Positions 17,786 to 27,894 of a stretch of DNA of 64,000 nt are shown piece by piece. The notes under the pieces were generated by a model. The model worked only from the letters and a program-made list of their open reading frames with translations, was not told where the DNA came from and did not search any database. The stretch is taken from assembly GCA_029265715.1 (NCBI GenBank), contig JAJUGZ010000003.1, forward strand, positions 10,322 through 74,321. Direction: 5' to 3'. This DNA comes from Bacteroidota bacterium. GTDB taxonomy: Bacteria; Bacteroidota; Bacteroidia; Bacteroidales; Prolixibacteraceae. Within the stretch, counting starts at the first letter, position 1; each line of letters opens with the position of its first letter. The translations under genes and the position numbers were made by a program.

Positions 17786-17887
17786 CTCTGTCCCGATTTT
17801 GTTTGAGGCGAACAATTCAGGAGGAGATTGAATTTGAATCTTTTCAGATTTCAGAATTTCTTAAGTCCGAACAAACGGAATTTATTT

Positions 17888-17895
17888 TACCTTTG
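17888..17895 (+). promoter_or_regulatory. -7 promoter element of guaB
   Basis: TACCTTTG. Confidence 0.65.
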
Positions 17896-17924
17896 CGCAA
17901 TTTTTAAAAAATCAATTTATACTT

Positions 17925-19421
17925 ATGGCCCGATATTTTAATGATGTATCCAGAACTTTTAATGAGTATTTGCTCATTCCGGGATTAACTACCAAGGAAT
18001 GTGTCCCATCAAATGTTTCTCTGAAAACACCGTTAGTCAAATTTAAAAAGGGAGAGACCGCCAAACTGGAATTGAATATCCCTTTCGTATCGGCCGTTAT
18101 GCAGTCGGTATCTGATCATAAAATGGCCATTGCATTGGCAAAAAACGGCGGGCTGTCGTTCATTTTTGGATCACAACCAATCGAAACCCAGGCCGAAATG
18201 GTGCGAAAAGTAAAGAAACACAAAGCCGGCTTTGTGGTAAGCGATGCCAACCTGACTCCGGAAAATACATTGGCCGATGTATTAGCCATTAAGAAAGCAA
18301 CGGGGCACTCAACCATCGGGATTACCCACGACGGAACTTCGAACGGGAAACTGCTGGGGATTGTAACCAGTCGCGATTATCGGACCAACAAGGACAGTTT
18401 GGACAAAAAAATCAAGGATTTTATGACCCCCTTCTCCAAACTGATTACCGGAGAACTTGGAATCACGCTGACTGAAGCAAACGACGTGATTTGGGATCAC
18501 AAGCTGAATACCCTGCCGATTATTGACAAAGATCAGAACCTTCAATATTTTGTGTTCCGCAAAGATTACGACGAACACAAAGAAAACCCCAATGAGTTGC
18601 TCGATGCCAATAAAAAATTACTGGTTGGCGCCGGGATCAATACCCGCGATTATAAAGAACGCGTTGCCAAATTGGTTGAAGCAGGAGTCGATTTGTTGTG
18701 TATCGACTCGTCGGATGGTTTTTCTGAATGGCAAAAAGAAACGATCGAGTACATCAAAAAAGAATACAACGGCGAAGTTTTGGTTGGCGCCGGGAATGTG
18801 GTTGACAAAGATGGGTTTCTGTACCTGGTAAATGCCGGGGCTGATTTTATTAAAGTTGGCATTGGCGGCGGTTCCATTTGCATTACCCGCGAGCAAAAAG
18901 GAATCGGACGCGGGCAGGCGACTGCACTGATTGAAGTGGCCGAAGCCCGTGACGAATATTTCAGGGAGACCGGGATCTACGTGCCAATTTGTTCGGATGG
19001 CGGAATTGTGCAGGATTATCACATGGTGCTGGCCCTGGCAATGGGAGCCGATTTTCTGATGATGGGCCGTTATTTTGCCCGCTTCGATGAAAGTCCGACC
19101 AAAGTACTGAAAGTGGGTAATAATTACGTGAAAGAATACTGGGGCGAAGGATCGAACCGCGCCCGCAACTGGCAGCGTTACGACATGGGCGGAAGCGAAG
19201 CACTGAAATTTGAGGAAGGTGTTGACAGCTATGTGCCGTATGCCGGGAAAATGAAAGACAATCTGGATATTACCTTGGGAAAGATTGTTTCGACCATGTG
19301 CAGCTGTGGCGCTTTGACTATTGAAGAGCTGAAACAGAATGCCAAAATTACACTGGTTTCTTCAACAAGTATCATCGAAGGTGGCGCTCACGACGTGATC
19401 CTGAAGGATACAAACATTTAA
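17925..19421 (+). CDS. guaB: IMP dehydrogenase
   Basis: [12 protein letters not shown] pair, [12 protein letters not shown] catalytic Cys, SDGGI, MMGRYFA, EEGV. Confidence 0.93.
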   Translation: MARYFNDVSRTFNEYLLIPGLTTKECVPSNVSLKTPLVKFKKGETAKLELNIPFVSAVMQSVSDHKMAIALAKNGGLSFIFGSQPIETQAEMVRKVKKHKAGFVVSDANLTPENTLADVLAIKKATGHSTIGITHDGTSNGKLLGIVTSRDYRTNKDSLDKKIKDFMTPFSKLITGELGITLTEANDVIWDHKLNTLPIIDKDQNLQYFVFRKDYDEHKENPNELLDANKKLLVGAGINTRDYKERVAKLVEAGVDLLCIDSSDGFSEWQKETIEYIKKEYNGEVLVGAGNVVDKDGFLYLVNAGADFIKVGIGGGSICITREQKGIGRGQATALIEVAEARDEYFRETGIYVPICSDGGIVQDYHMVLALAMGADFLMMGRYFARFDESPTKVLKVGNNYVKEYWGEGSNRARNWQRYDMGGSEALKFEEGVDSYVPYAGKMKDNLDITLGKIVSTMCSCGALTIEELKQNAKITLVSSTSIIEGGAHDVILKDTNI

Positions 19422-19444
19422 GGGATATTATCATTCAGATATGA

Positions 19445-19477
19445 AAAAGGTCGCCGAAGTTTATTCCGCGACCTTTT
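19445..19477. terminator. bidirectional terminator
   Basis: AAAAGGTCGC / GCGACCTTTT stem between convergent genes. Confidence 0.75.
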
Positions 19478-19500
19478 GTGTTTTTATAAACCTTCCGAGC

Positions 19501-20814
19501 TTAGATGGTTGGCAGGGTCCAGGGTGCCCGATAATGAGCTTTGGCAAACAGGTTGGCTTCCGGGTCGTTGACGAACTCCTGTTTCTCGCCGTCCCATTCC
19601 AGTTTACGTCCTACCCGATAAGCAATGTTCCCCATTTGGGAGAAACGTGCAATATGTGCTGCGGTTTCGATGTCACAGTTGGGTTTTCCTCCTTTCCGGA
19701 TGCAATCGAGGAAATTGGCAACATGCAGGTCAAGCCCCTGACCAGTCCCTTTTTGTATCGGCATACCCTGATAGCCTTCCTTGGCGCTGGTACTTTTAGT
19801 TTCCGGAACGACTTCCCAGCCATTCCGGTCGATAACCAGCGTTCCGTACTCACCGATAAAGGCAACTCCATGTCCGCGGTTTTTAAATTGGGCTCCGTAA
19901 ATCCCGATGGTGTGGTCCCAAAGAATGCCGAAATCGCCAAAATCATACATGGCCATCATCGTGTCGGGGGTTTCCATGGCATCGGAGGGGAAGGCATATT
20001 TCCCTCCTGAAGAGCTGACCGATTTCGGTATATACTGGTTCATCCCGAGTAACGCATAATCAAGAAGGTGAACTCCCCAGTCGGTCATCAGGCCGCCGGC
20101 ATAGTCCCAGAACCAACGGAACGTAAAATGAAAACGGTTGCGGTTAAAGGGTCTTTCCGGGGCAGGGCCAAGCCACATGTTGTAGTCAACTCCTGCCGGG
20201 GCCGGTTCGTCGGCAAGGACCGGAATCGATTTTTTCCACCCAACGTACGACCAGGCACGGACCGACCGGACGCGGCCAATTTGTCCGGACTGGATATAGT
20301 CGACGGCAGCCCTCCAGTGCGGGTCGGATCGCTGCCACTGGCCAACCTGAACAACTTTGTTATATCTTTTCTGGGCTTTTACCATCAGGTTGCATTCTTC
20401 GATGGTGTTGCCCAGCGGTTTTTCGCAATAAACATCTTTGCCGGCCTGAACGGCATAGATCATAGGCAGACAATGCCAATGGTCGGGCGTTCCAATAATC
20501 ACCGCATCGATGTCTTTCTGCTCAAGCAGTTTTCTGAAATCGCCAAACAAGGCTGGTTTCTTGCCAGTTATTTTTTCAACCTCGGCGGCTCTTTTGTTCA
20601 GGACATTCTGGTCAACATCGCAAAGAGCGGCACATTCAACATGGGGTTGTTTCAGGAAGGCTTTCAGGTCTTCGAACCCCATGCCGTTGCAGCCGATTAA
20701 CCCGACCACTATTTTCTCGTTAGCAGCGCAACTTGCATTCAAGATGGTTGGCATAACCCCGATTGCAGCTGTGACGGCCGCCGAGTTCTTAATAAAGTTT
20801 CTTCTGGATTCCAT
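19501..20814 (-). CDS. Tat-exported Gfo/Idh/MocA oxidoreductase
   Basis: SRRNFIK twin-arginine signal, GLIGCNGMG, TPDHWH, YCEKP, DWGVHLLD. Confidence 0.92.
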   Translation of the reverse strand: MESRRNFIKNSAAVTAAIGVMPTILNASCAANEKIVVGLIGCNGMGFEDLKAFLKQPHVECAALCDVDQNVLNKRAAEVEKITGKKPALFGDFRKLLEQKDIDAVIIGTPDHWHCLPMIYAVQAGKDVYCEKPLGNTIEECNLMVKAQKRYNKVVQVGQWQRSDPHWRAAVDYIQSGQIGRVRSVRAWSYVGWKKSIPVLADEPAPAGVDYNMWLGPAPERPFNRNRFHFTFRWFWDYAGGLMTDWGVHLLDYALLGMNQYIPKSVSSSGGKYAFPSDAMETPDTMMAMYDFGDFGILWDHTIGIYGAQFKNRGHGVAFIGEYGTLVIDRNGWEVVPETKSTSAKEGYQGMPIQKGTGQGLDLHVANFLDCIRKGGKPNCDIETAAHIARFSQMGNIAYRVGRKLEWDGEKQEFVNDPEANLFAKAHYRAPWTLPTI

Positions 20815-20922
20815 AATTGTTCAGATATTGTGTTGGTTTATGTAACTTAGTTTTCTGAAAAGACCGTTAAAGGTATAATGAATCATTTTACCCAGACAAT
20901 CCTGAAGTAAAAAAACACTAAG

Positions 20923-21684
20923 ATGAGACCGTATATTTTAGCCGAAACCAACTGGAAAATTGTTAAGGACACTCTTTACGAAATTGCCATCTTGCCCTGG
21001 GGGGCCACCGAACCCCACAATTTTCACCTTCCGTATTCGACCGATCAGATTGAAGCCGAAACAATCGCGGCAGAGTCGGCCCGGTTGGCTTGGGGAAAGC
21101 AGGTGAAGGTAATTGTGCTGCCAACAATTCCGTTCGGGGTAAATACCGGGCAGTTTGATATCAGGCTTGATATAAACCTGAACCCGACTACGCAGCACTT
21201 TATTCTTCAGGACATTATTGAAACATTGAACCGGCAGGTAATCCGGAAACTGGTCATCCTGAACAGTCATGGCGGGAACAACTTCAGGCAAACGCTTCGC
21301 GAACTGGGGCTGAAATTCCCGGATATGTTTTTGTGCGAACTGGATTGGTATAAAATGCGGGAACAGGAACAAATTTTTGATAATCCGGGAGAGCATGCCG
21401 GAGAAGTTGAAACAAGTTTATTGTTGTTCCTGAAACCGGAATGGGTCAGGCCTTTGGATGAAGCCGGCGACGGCGCGGCTAAAAAATTCAGGTTTGATGC
21501 CATGAACGAAGGATGGGGGTGGGCCGAACGCCGGTGGAGTATGGTAACAAACGATACCGGAATTGGCAATCCGGCGAAAGCTACCAGCGAAAAGGGCAAA
21601 CGTTTCTTTGAACTCGTGACCCAAAAAATTGCTGCATTTCTGGTCGATCTGAGCAAGACTTCTTCAGACGAAATGTTTGTATAA
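20923..21684 (+). CDS. creatininase-family amidohydrolase
   Basis: LPWGATEPHNFHLPYSTD, NSHGGN, HAGEVETS. Confidence 0.92.
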   Translation: MRPYILAETNWKIVKDTLYEIAILPWGATEPHNFHLPYSTDQIEAETIAAESARLAWGKQVKVIVLPTIPFGVNTGQFDIRLDINLNPTTQHFILQDIIETLNRQVIRKLVILNSHGGNNFRQTLRELGLKFPDMFLCELDWYKMREQEQIFDNPGEHAGEVETSLLLFLKPEWVRPLDEAGDGAAKKFRFDAMNEGWGWAERRWSMVTNDTGIGNPAKATSEKGKRFFELVTQKIAAFLVDLSKTSSDEMFV

Positions 21685-21718
21685 AAGTTGAAGGGATCCC
21701 GGATATATCATTGTGGTG

Positions 21719-22327
21719 ATGAAACGAGTTGAAGCCATTTTTTACGGGCTAATTTTGGGGGCGTTTTCTCCACTCTCAATTGCGTTGGGGGCTGTCGGTT
21801 TGTGGTTTAATTCTGATCGGATCGAAGATAGGGCCCCGTGGTATTTGTTATCGGGTTTAGCTGCCGGTTTTTTGATTGATGCGATTTATCTGCGCGGTTG
21901 GCTTCGTCACCGGTATGATTTGCCTGTTTGGTTTGTTGCCACAATTTTTTGCTTATATAATATTTTGGCGTTCGGCTTTTTTATGGGTTTTCCGGTTTTT
22001 CATGTTTTGGGAGGGCCCATCGCTGGATTTTATTTTGCGCAGCGGATTATTTTTCAGAAAATACCTGCTGAAGGTTACAATCGGATTATGAAACGGGTTT
22101 CTGCTTTTACCGGACTTATGATGGCAATTATCTGCGTTGCATCGGGCACAATTGCATTGGTGGGAACCGGAGCTGGCGATGATATACAGGGTATGCTGGG
22201 GCTGAGTTTTGTCCCGGCCAAATCGATGATTCTTCTCGTATCAACTATTGGGGGACTTTTTCTGATTACAGTTCAGGTGATACTAACCCGTCGAACCATG
22301 ATTTGGATGATTCGGCAGCAGAATTGA
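21719..22327 (+). CDS. multi-pass membrane protein, unknown function
   Basis: Five to six hydrophobic segments; no recognised motif. Confidence 0.7.
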   Translation: MKRVEAIFYGLILGAFSPLSIALGAVGLWFNSDRIEDRAPWYLLSGLAAGFLIDAIYLRGWLRHRYDLPVWFVATIFCLYNILAFGFFMGFPVFHVLGGPIAGFYFAQRIIFQKIPAEGYNRIMKRVSAFTGLMMAIICVASGTIALVGTGAGDDIQGMLGLSFVPAKSMILLVSTIGGLFLITVQVILTRRTMIWMIRQQN

Positions 22328-22580
22328 CTTTTTTTAATGGGTTGCTTGGGTAATTCCGGTGTTTATTTTTGTTTCTTCAGGCTGTTACGCGAAAATTGAT
22401 TAACTTTTTAACCGGTTTGGACCGTATTGATCTGCAAGGCGATTGGGTTACTGTTTTAACCTTGCTGAATAGGGTCGGCATGATTGCCGTTTTTGCTTTC
22501 GAAGTGTTGGCGAAATAAATGACGGGTAAAACGGTACAGGCTCACTTTCGGGGTATTCAAACTTCCTAAAAACTGATGCG

Positions 22581-23324
22581 ATGAGAACGTTGTTCTTTCT
22601 ACTATTTCTGATTTTAACTACTACTGGCCTTTCCGCTCAGGACGTGAAAGAAATCGTGCGGAAAGCTGATGAGAAAATGCGCGGAAATTCAAGCGTCGGG
22701 ACTTTTACAATGACAATTGTCCGTCCGACCTGGAGCCGGACCATCTCGATGAAAAGCTGGACAATAGGCATGGACTATTCCATGATTTATGTGACAGCTC
22801 CCGCCAAGGAGAAAGGACAGGTATTCCTGAAACGGCACAATGAAATGTGGAACTGGGTGCCAGGCATTGAACGGTTGGTGAAAATTCCGCCTTCGATGAT
22901 GATGCAGTCGTGGATGGGCTCGGATTTTACCAACGACGACCTGGTGAAAGAATCATCGATTGTGAAAGATTACGACCATAAGCTGGCGGGCGAGGAGCGA
23001 ATTGATAATTATCCGGCCTACAAAATTGAACTTATCCCGCATGAAGATGCTGCCGTGGTTTGGGGCAAGGTTTACATGTGGGTAAGCAAAGCAGATTATC
23101 TGTGGCTGAAGGCTGAGTTTTACGATGAGGATGGCATGCTGGTCAATACCGAAATCCTGAGTGATATTAAGAAGATGGACGACCGGGTGATCCCTTGCCG
23201 GATGGAAATGATCCCGGCTGGCAAGAAAGGGCAGAAGACGGTAATGGTCTTCGAGGACATTGATTTTGATGTGCCCCTGAAAGAAGACTTTTTCTCGATC
23301 CAGAATATGAAAAAAGTAAAATAG
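22581..23324 (+). CDS. LolA-like 'outer membrane lipoprotein-sorting' periplasmic protein
   Basis: Signal peptide; IVRPTWSRT, APAKEKGQVFLK, SWMGSDFTNDDL motifs. Confidence 0.85.
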   Translation: MRTLFFLLFLILTTTGLSAQDVKEIVRKADEKMRGNSSVGTFTMTIVRPTWSRTISMKSWTIGMDYSMIYVTAPAKEKGQVFLKRHNEMWNWVPGIERLVKIPPSMMMQSWMGSDFTNDDLVKESSIVKDYDHKLAGEERIDNYPAYKIELIPHEDAAVVWGKVYMWVSKADYLWLKAEFYDEDGMLVNTEILSDIKKMDDRVIPCRMEMIPAGKKGQKTVMVFEDIDFDVPLKEDFFSIQNMKKVK

Positions 23325-23328
23325 AATT

Positions 23329-23355
23329 ACTGAAGGATTGAAGGATTGAAGGATT
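23329..23355 (+). repeat. left arm: (TGAAGGAT)x3 8-nt tandem repeat
   Basis: ACTGAAGG ATTGAAGG ATTGAAGG ATT starting 4 nt after the upstream stop. Confidence 0.9.
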
Positions 23356-23377
23356 TGCGATCAAAATAGATCTCTTT

Positions 23378-23775
23378 ATGGGAACGGTGGATGTTGACTA
23401 TAAAATCAAATTTAGGGAAGAATTTGAGCTCCGGCTTAAGTCATTTGTAATAATATTGATAGAATTAACGCGTGGAACTTCTTACAGTCTGGAAAGCAAA
23501 GTCGTTTTAAATCAGTTGCTTCAGTCTGGGAGTTCTGTTTGTGCAAATTACAGGGCTGCCTGCAGGGCTCGGTCAAAAGCCGAATTCTTCAGTAAGTTAA
23601 GTATTGTTGTAGAAGAAGCCGATGAAACAGAAATGTGGCCGGAGCTTTTAATTAGTTAATAAACGATTCTGAAGATACCAAAGCTCTTTATGCTGAAAGT
23701 ATCGAAATCCTGAAAATTATGGCAAAGGCCAGAAAAATGCAGGTATTTAATAAATTCAATCCGTCAATCCTTTAG
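23378..23775 (+). pseudogene. four-helix-bundle protein (TIGR02436 / 23S-IVP family), frameshifted
   Basis: QLLQSGSSVCANYRAACRARSKAEFFSKLSIVVEEADET motif; TAA TAA at 23657-23662, while the last helix LINDSEDTKALYAESIEILKIMAKARK continues in another frame to TAG 23775. Confidence 0.85.
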
Positions 23776-23785
23776 TCCTTCAATT
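23753..23785 (+). repeat. right arm: inverted 8-nt tandem repeat
   Basis: AATTCAAT CCGTCAAT CCTTTAGT CCTTCAAT T, complementary to the left arm, ending at ATG 23786. Confidence 0.85.
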
Positions 23786-25000
23786 ATGAACCTCAAACTT
23801 GCATGGCGAAATTTGTGGCGTAACAAGCGCCGGACCCTGATAACGGTCGCTTCGATTTTTTTCGGGGTGCTGCTCAGTACGTTTATGACGTCGATGCAGG
23901 AAGGGACCTATTCGCGCATGATCGACAATGTAGTTGGTTTTTATTCCGGGTATGTTCAGGTTCATGCTCCGGATTATTGGGCCAACAAGACCATCGAATA
24001 CACGTTGCCGGTAAACGATTCGTTGCTGAAAGCAATCGGAAATACTCCGGATGTGAAAACGGTAGTGCCGAGGCTTGAGTCGTATGCGTTGCTTTCATTT
24101 CAGGATAATACCAAAGGGGCTGCTTTGCTGGGAATTGATCCGGAGAAAGAAAACCAAATGACCAACCTGGCACACTGGATTGATCGGGGTTCGTACCTGC
24201 AAAATGGGGATGACGGGGCTTTGCTGGCTTTCAACCTGGCCAGAAACCTGGGCGTTGAAGTTGGCGATACACTGGTGGTTATTAGTCAGGGCTTCCATGG
24301 AGCAAGTGCCGCCGCACTTTTGCCGGTTCGCGGAATCCTGAAATTTCCGGCCCCAACCATGAACAACCTGGGCGCTTACATTGACCTCAATGCCGCGCAG
24401 GACTTTTTCTCTGTTCCCGATCGTTGTACCTCCATTGTGTTGATGGTTAACGGATATTCGAGGGTGGATCAGGTAAAAAGCCGGCTGGTTGCAAAATTTG
24501 GGAACCGGTACGAAATAATGACCTGGGATGAGATGGACCCACTGACCAAAAACATGATTGATGCCGATCGCTCCGGGGCTTATATCACCAAGGGAATTCT
24601 GTATGCCCTGGTTGGGTTTGGTATTTTTGGAACGGTAATCATGATGATGGCCGAACGGCGCAAGGAGATGGGTGTCTTAATCGCCATTGGGATGCAAAAG
24701 CACAAGTTGGGCACAACTCTTTTTTATGAAACGTTGCTGATTGGTCTGGTCGGGGTAATAGCTGGTTTTGCAGTTAGCTGTCCGTTAATCCTGTATCTGG
24801 TTTATCACCCGATCCCGTTTACGGGGGAGACGGCAAAAGCTTATGAACAGTTCGGTTTTGAGCCGGTTATGTACTTTTCGGCCAAATGGTTCATTTTTGC
24901 CCGGCAGGTGTTGATCGTATTTATCCTTGTTTTGTTGGTTTATCTGTATCCGCTGGCAAAAACTGCCAGGCTGCGTTTGACCAAGGCGCTTCGTGCGTAG
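23786..25000 (+). CDS. FtsX/LolE-like ABC permease
   Basis: LAWRNLWRNKRRT, large periplasmic domain, ERRKEMGVLIAIGM. Confidence 0.9.
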   Translation: MNLKLAWRNLWRNKRRTLITVASIFFGVLLSTFMTSMQEGTYSRMIDNVVGFYSGYVQVHAPDYWANKTIEYTLPVNDSLLKAIGNTPDVKTVVPRLESYALLSFQDNTKGAALLGIDPEKENQMTNLAHWIDRGSYLQNGDDGALLAFNLARNLGVEVGDTLVVISQGFHGASAAALLPVRGILKFPAPTMNNLGAYIDLNAAQDFFSVPDRCTSIVLMVNGYSRVDQVKSRLVAKFGNRYEIMTWDEMDPLTKNMIDADRSGAYITKGILYALVGFGIFGTVIMMMAERRKEMGVLIAIGMQKHKLGTTLFYETLLIGLVGVIAGFAVSCPLILYLVYHPIPFTGETAKAYEQFGFEPVMYFSAKWFIFARQVLIVFILVLLVYLYPLAKTARLRLTKALRA

Positions 25001-25003
25001 AAG

Positions 25004-25196
25004 CTGAAGGATTGAATAGTAGTGAGTAGTGAGTAGCGAGACCAGAAATTGATTATTGATCACTCAAAATTCAACATTCAGAATTCGAGACTCGAGTCTC
25101 TTTTCTTGATACTTGATACTTGAAGCTTGAAGCTTGATACTTGATGCCGGATGGTTGCCCTGTGATGTTTGGGTTAACTAAACTCAGGTACTCAGG
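25004..25196 (+). repeat. stack of several different 7/8-nt tandem repeats, no ORF
   Basis: CTGAAGGATTGAA; (TAGYGAG)x3; (ATTGATY)x2; AAATTCA ACATTCA GAATTCG; GAGACTCGAGTCTC palindrome; (CTTGAWR)x6; ACTCAGG x2. Confidence 0.9.
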
Positions 25197-25231
25197 GACT
25201 ATATTATTTAGGTACTTTTTAAAAATGAAAT

Positions 25232-26452
25232 ATGATACTTGCAGTAGCCTGGAGAAACATCTGGAGAAATAAAACCCGCAGCTTGGTTATTCTGGTTGCG
25301 ATCTGCCTTGGATTGGCCTCCGGGATTTTCTATATGGCCTTTTATTTCGGGATGGTCGACCAGCGCATCAACACGGCCATAAAAACCGAAGCATCCCACA
25401 TTCAGATACATCACAAAGAGTACCTGAGCAACCCGGATAAAAAGTTTATGATTGAAAATGCTGGTCCAGTTGGCCAGGAGATCAAACGGGTGGAAGGAGT
25501 GATCGCAACCAGCAACCGCATTATCCTGAACACCATGATACAATCTCCGGAAACGGGGGCGGGAGTGAAAATCTCCGGAATTGACCCTGAAGATGAAAAG
25601 CAGGTGACCAACCTGTATTCAAAACTGATTGAAGGGACGTATTTCGAAGACGGGAAACGAAATCCGATTATTATCGGGAAAAAACTGGCCGAGAAACTGA
25701 GGGTTAAACTGCGGTCGAAGGTGGTTATTACCCTTCAGGATATGCAGGGAAACATGACCGGCGCTGCATTTAAAGTGGAAGGTATTTATGAAACCTCCAA
25801 CACGGCATTCGACGAAACCTGTGTTTTTGTGCGCAGGTCTGATCTGGCCCCGATCATGTTGATGGACGATCATGCTTGTCAGGAGATTGCTGTTTTGCTC
25901 GAAAAGAACGACCAACTCCAGGTGGCCGACGAAACCATCAAAAGCAAACTTCCGGATTTGGATGTAAAAACATGGCGCGAAATCATGCCTGAAGTCAGTC
26001 TGATCGAAAGCAGCTTCACCCTTACCATGTTCATCTTTATCGGCATTATCCTGCTGGCTTTGCTTTTCGGGATTGTCAACACCATGCTGATGGCTGTGCT
26101 CGAACGGGCCAAGGAACTGGGCATGCTGATGGCTATCGGGATGAGCAAGGTGAAACTATTCCTGATGATTTTGTCGGAAACGGTTATGTTGTCGTTATTT
26201 GGTGGCTTGTGCGGTATCGTGTTGGGCTGGATTCTGACCCTTTGGTTCGGTGTGCAGGGAATCGACCTGGGGGCCTGGTCGGCTGCTTATAAGTCGCTGG
26301 GGTACGATACGCTGGTTTATACACGGCTATCCATGGGTATTTCGTTTCAAATTGCCGGTATGGTGATTGCTACAGGAATTATTGCCGCGATATATCCGGC
26401 TATGAAAGCGTTGCAACTGAACCCGGCCGATGCCCTCCGGATTGATATGTAG
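25232..26452 (+). CDS. FtsX/LolE-like ABC permease, second subunit
   Basis: VAWRNIWRNKTRS, ERAKELGMLMAIGM, LNPADALR. Confidence 0.9.
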   Translation: MILAVAWRNIWRNKTRSLVILVAICLGLASGIFYMAFYFGMVDQRINTAIKTEASHIQIHHKEYLSNPDKKFMIENAGPVGQEIKRVEGVIATSNRIILNTMIQSPETGAGVKISGIDPEDEKQVTNLYSKLIEGTYFEDGKRNPIIIGKKLAEKLRVKLRSKVVITLQDMQGNMTGAAFKVEGIYETSNTAFDETCVFVRRSDLAPIMLMDDHACQEIAVLLEKNDQLQVADETIKSKLPDLDVKTWREIMPEVSLIESSFTLTMFIFIGIILLALLFGIVNTMLMAVLERAKELGMLMAIGMSKVKLFLMILSETVMLSLFGGLCGIVLGWILTLWFGVQGIDLGAWSAAYKSLGYDTLVYTRLSMGISFQIAGMVIATGIIAAIYPAMKALQLNPADALRIDM

Positions 26453-26472
26453 CCGGCGGGATTTATATTTGA

Positions 26473-26505
26473 TGTCTAATGCCTTTTGTCTAACATCTAA
26501 TGTCT
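26473..26505 (+). repeat. orphan 7-nt tandem repeat arm
   Basis: TGTCTAA TGCCTTT TGTCTAA CATCTAA TGTCT just before ATG 26513. Confidence 0.7.
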
Positions 26506-26512
26506 GGGATAT

Positions 26513-27208
26513 ATGAATGTCATCGAAGTTAAGAAGCTGAATAAAATATACAACGAGTCGGAAGTGAAAGTTCAGGCATTGAGCGAAGTTGACCTGGCGA
26601 TTGAACAGGGCGAATTCACCGCGATTGTGGGACCGTCCGGTTCCGGGAAAACAACCTTCCTGAACATGCTTGGCGGGTTGGACGAACCAACTTCCGGCGA
26701 GATTCACATTGGAGGAACCGATATCAGGGGGCTGTCGTCGTCGCAACTGATCGATTTTCGGCTCCGGAATATTGGCTTTGTTTTTCAGGCCTATAACCTG
26801 ATCCCGGTTCTGACGGCCAAAGAAAACGTCGAATTCATCATGGAACTGCAGGGCGTTTCGAAGAAAGACCGGGAGGCACGAACGATGGAACTGCTGGAAG
26901 CTGTTGGTTTGAAAGGCCGTGAAAACAGCCGTCCGGCCAAACTAAGCGGAGGGCAGCAACAACGGGTGGCCGTTGCCCGTGCGTTGGCCTCGAAACCCAA
27001 ATTCGTGCTGGCCGATGAGCCAACGGCCAACCTCGACTCGAAATCGACTGAAAACCTGCTCGAACTCATGGAAGAGCTGAACCGAAAAGAAAATGTTACA
27101 TTTATCTTTTCGACGCACGATCAGCGTGTTGTGAACAAGGCGCGCCGCGTGATTACGCTCGAAGACGGCAAAATAATTCGCGATATCCGTAAAAACCATA
27201 CGATATGA
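26513..27208 (+). CDS. LolD/MacB-type ABC ATP-binding protein
   Basis: GPSGSGKT, LSGGQQQRVAVAR, LADEPTANLD, STHD. Confidence 0.95.
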   Translation: MNVIEVKKLNKIYNESEVKVQALSEVDLAIEQGEFTAIVGPSGSGKTTFLNMLGGLDEPTSGEIHIGGTDIRGLSSSQLIDFRLRNIGFVFQAYNLIPVLTAKENVEFIMELQGVSKKDREARTMELLEAVGLKGRENSRPAKLSGGQQQRVAVARALASKPKFVLADEPTANLDSKSTENLLELMEELNRKENVTFIFSTHDQRVVNKARRVITLEDGKIIRDIRKNHTI

Positions 27209-27894
27209 CAACACTATTCCAGACAATTTTTTTCCTTGGCTGGCTCCTGATAGCCCCGGGAAATCATCCGGCAACCGTTTCCGGAGAACCCTGGCCGGAA
27301 GAATTAAATACAGCCAAAGATGTTGTTTACCTGACTAAGTTTGAAAAAGAAGTGATTTTCGAACTCAATAAAGTAAGGAGTGATCCGGCCGGTTATGCAG
27401 CCCAGTATCTCGAGCCGTTGCACCAGGCTTTCGAGGGGCTGAAATACACCTATCCGGGCAAAACCCCGGTGATGACCAACGAAGGTGTTGTTGCCCTCGA
27501 CAATTGCATCAAAGCCTTAAGAGAAGCACCTCCGGTTCCGGCGTTGCAACCGTCAAAAGGATTGTCTGGCGCTGCCAAACTGTTAGTCAACGACCAGAAA
27601 TTGTATGGCGGCCTGGGGCATATCACCAAAAGCGGCTGGACCGTGAATACGCGGGTGAACCGGTTTGGCGAATGGAAATCGAAACTGGCCGAGAACATCT
27701 CGTATGGGAATGACAATGCCCGCCAATTAGTTATTTCGTTGCTGATTGATGATGGCGTGGACGATCGCAGTCACCGCGGAAATGTGCTTGACCCGGAAAT
27801 GGTAAAAGTTGGTGTGGCTGCCGATACACACCCGACCTACAAAAATTTCTGCACCATCATTTTTGTCGACGATTTTACCGAAGCTGCCAAATGA
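27205..27894 (+). CDS. exported CAP (SCP) domain protein
   Basis: ELNKVR, AENISYG, HRGNVL, VGVA CAP motifs; signal peptide; 4-nt overlaps with both neighbours. Confidence 0.85.
   Translation: MTTLFQTIFFLGWLLIAPGNHPATVSGEPWPEELNTAKDVVYLTKFEKEVIFELNKVRSDPAGYAAQYLEPLHQAFEGLKYTYPGKTPVMTNEGVVALDNCIKALREAPPVPALQPSKGLSGAAKLLVNDQKLYGGLGHITKSGWTVNTRVNRFGEWKSKLAENISYGNDNARQLVISLLIDDGVDDRSHRGNVLDPEMVKVGVAADTHPTYKNFCTIIFVDDFTEAAK

Noticed and set aside
17830-17865. TTCAGAT TTCAGAA heptamer-like run before guaB
   Set aside because: Only about two imperfect units in AT-rich DNA, which is within chance
22400-22430. Second ECF-like promoter (TAACTTTTT...GTTTGG) upstream of the Lol-like operon
   Set aside because: It resembles 1279-1304, but the AAC-to-GT spacing differs by 2 nt and the -10 motif is CGTA; too weak
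23325-26512. Short tandem repeats as a CRISPR array
   Set aside because: Units are 7-9 nt and contiguous, with no 25-45-nt repeats, no unique spacers and no cas genes
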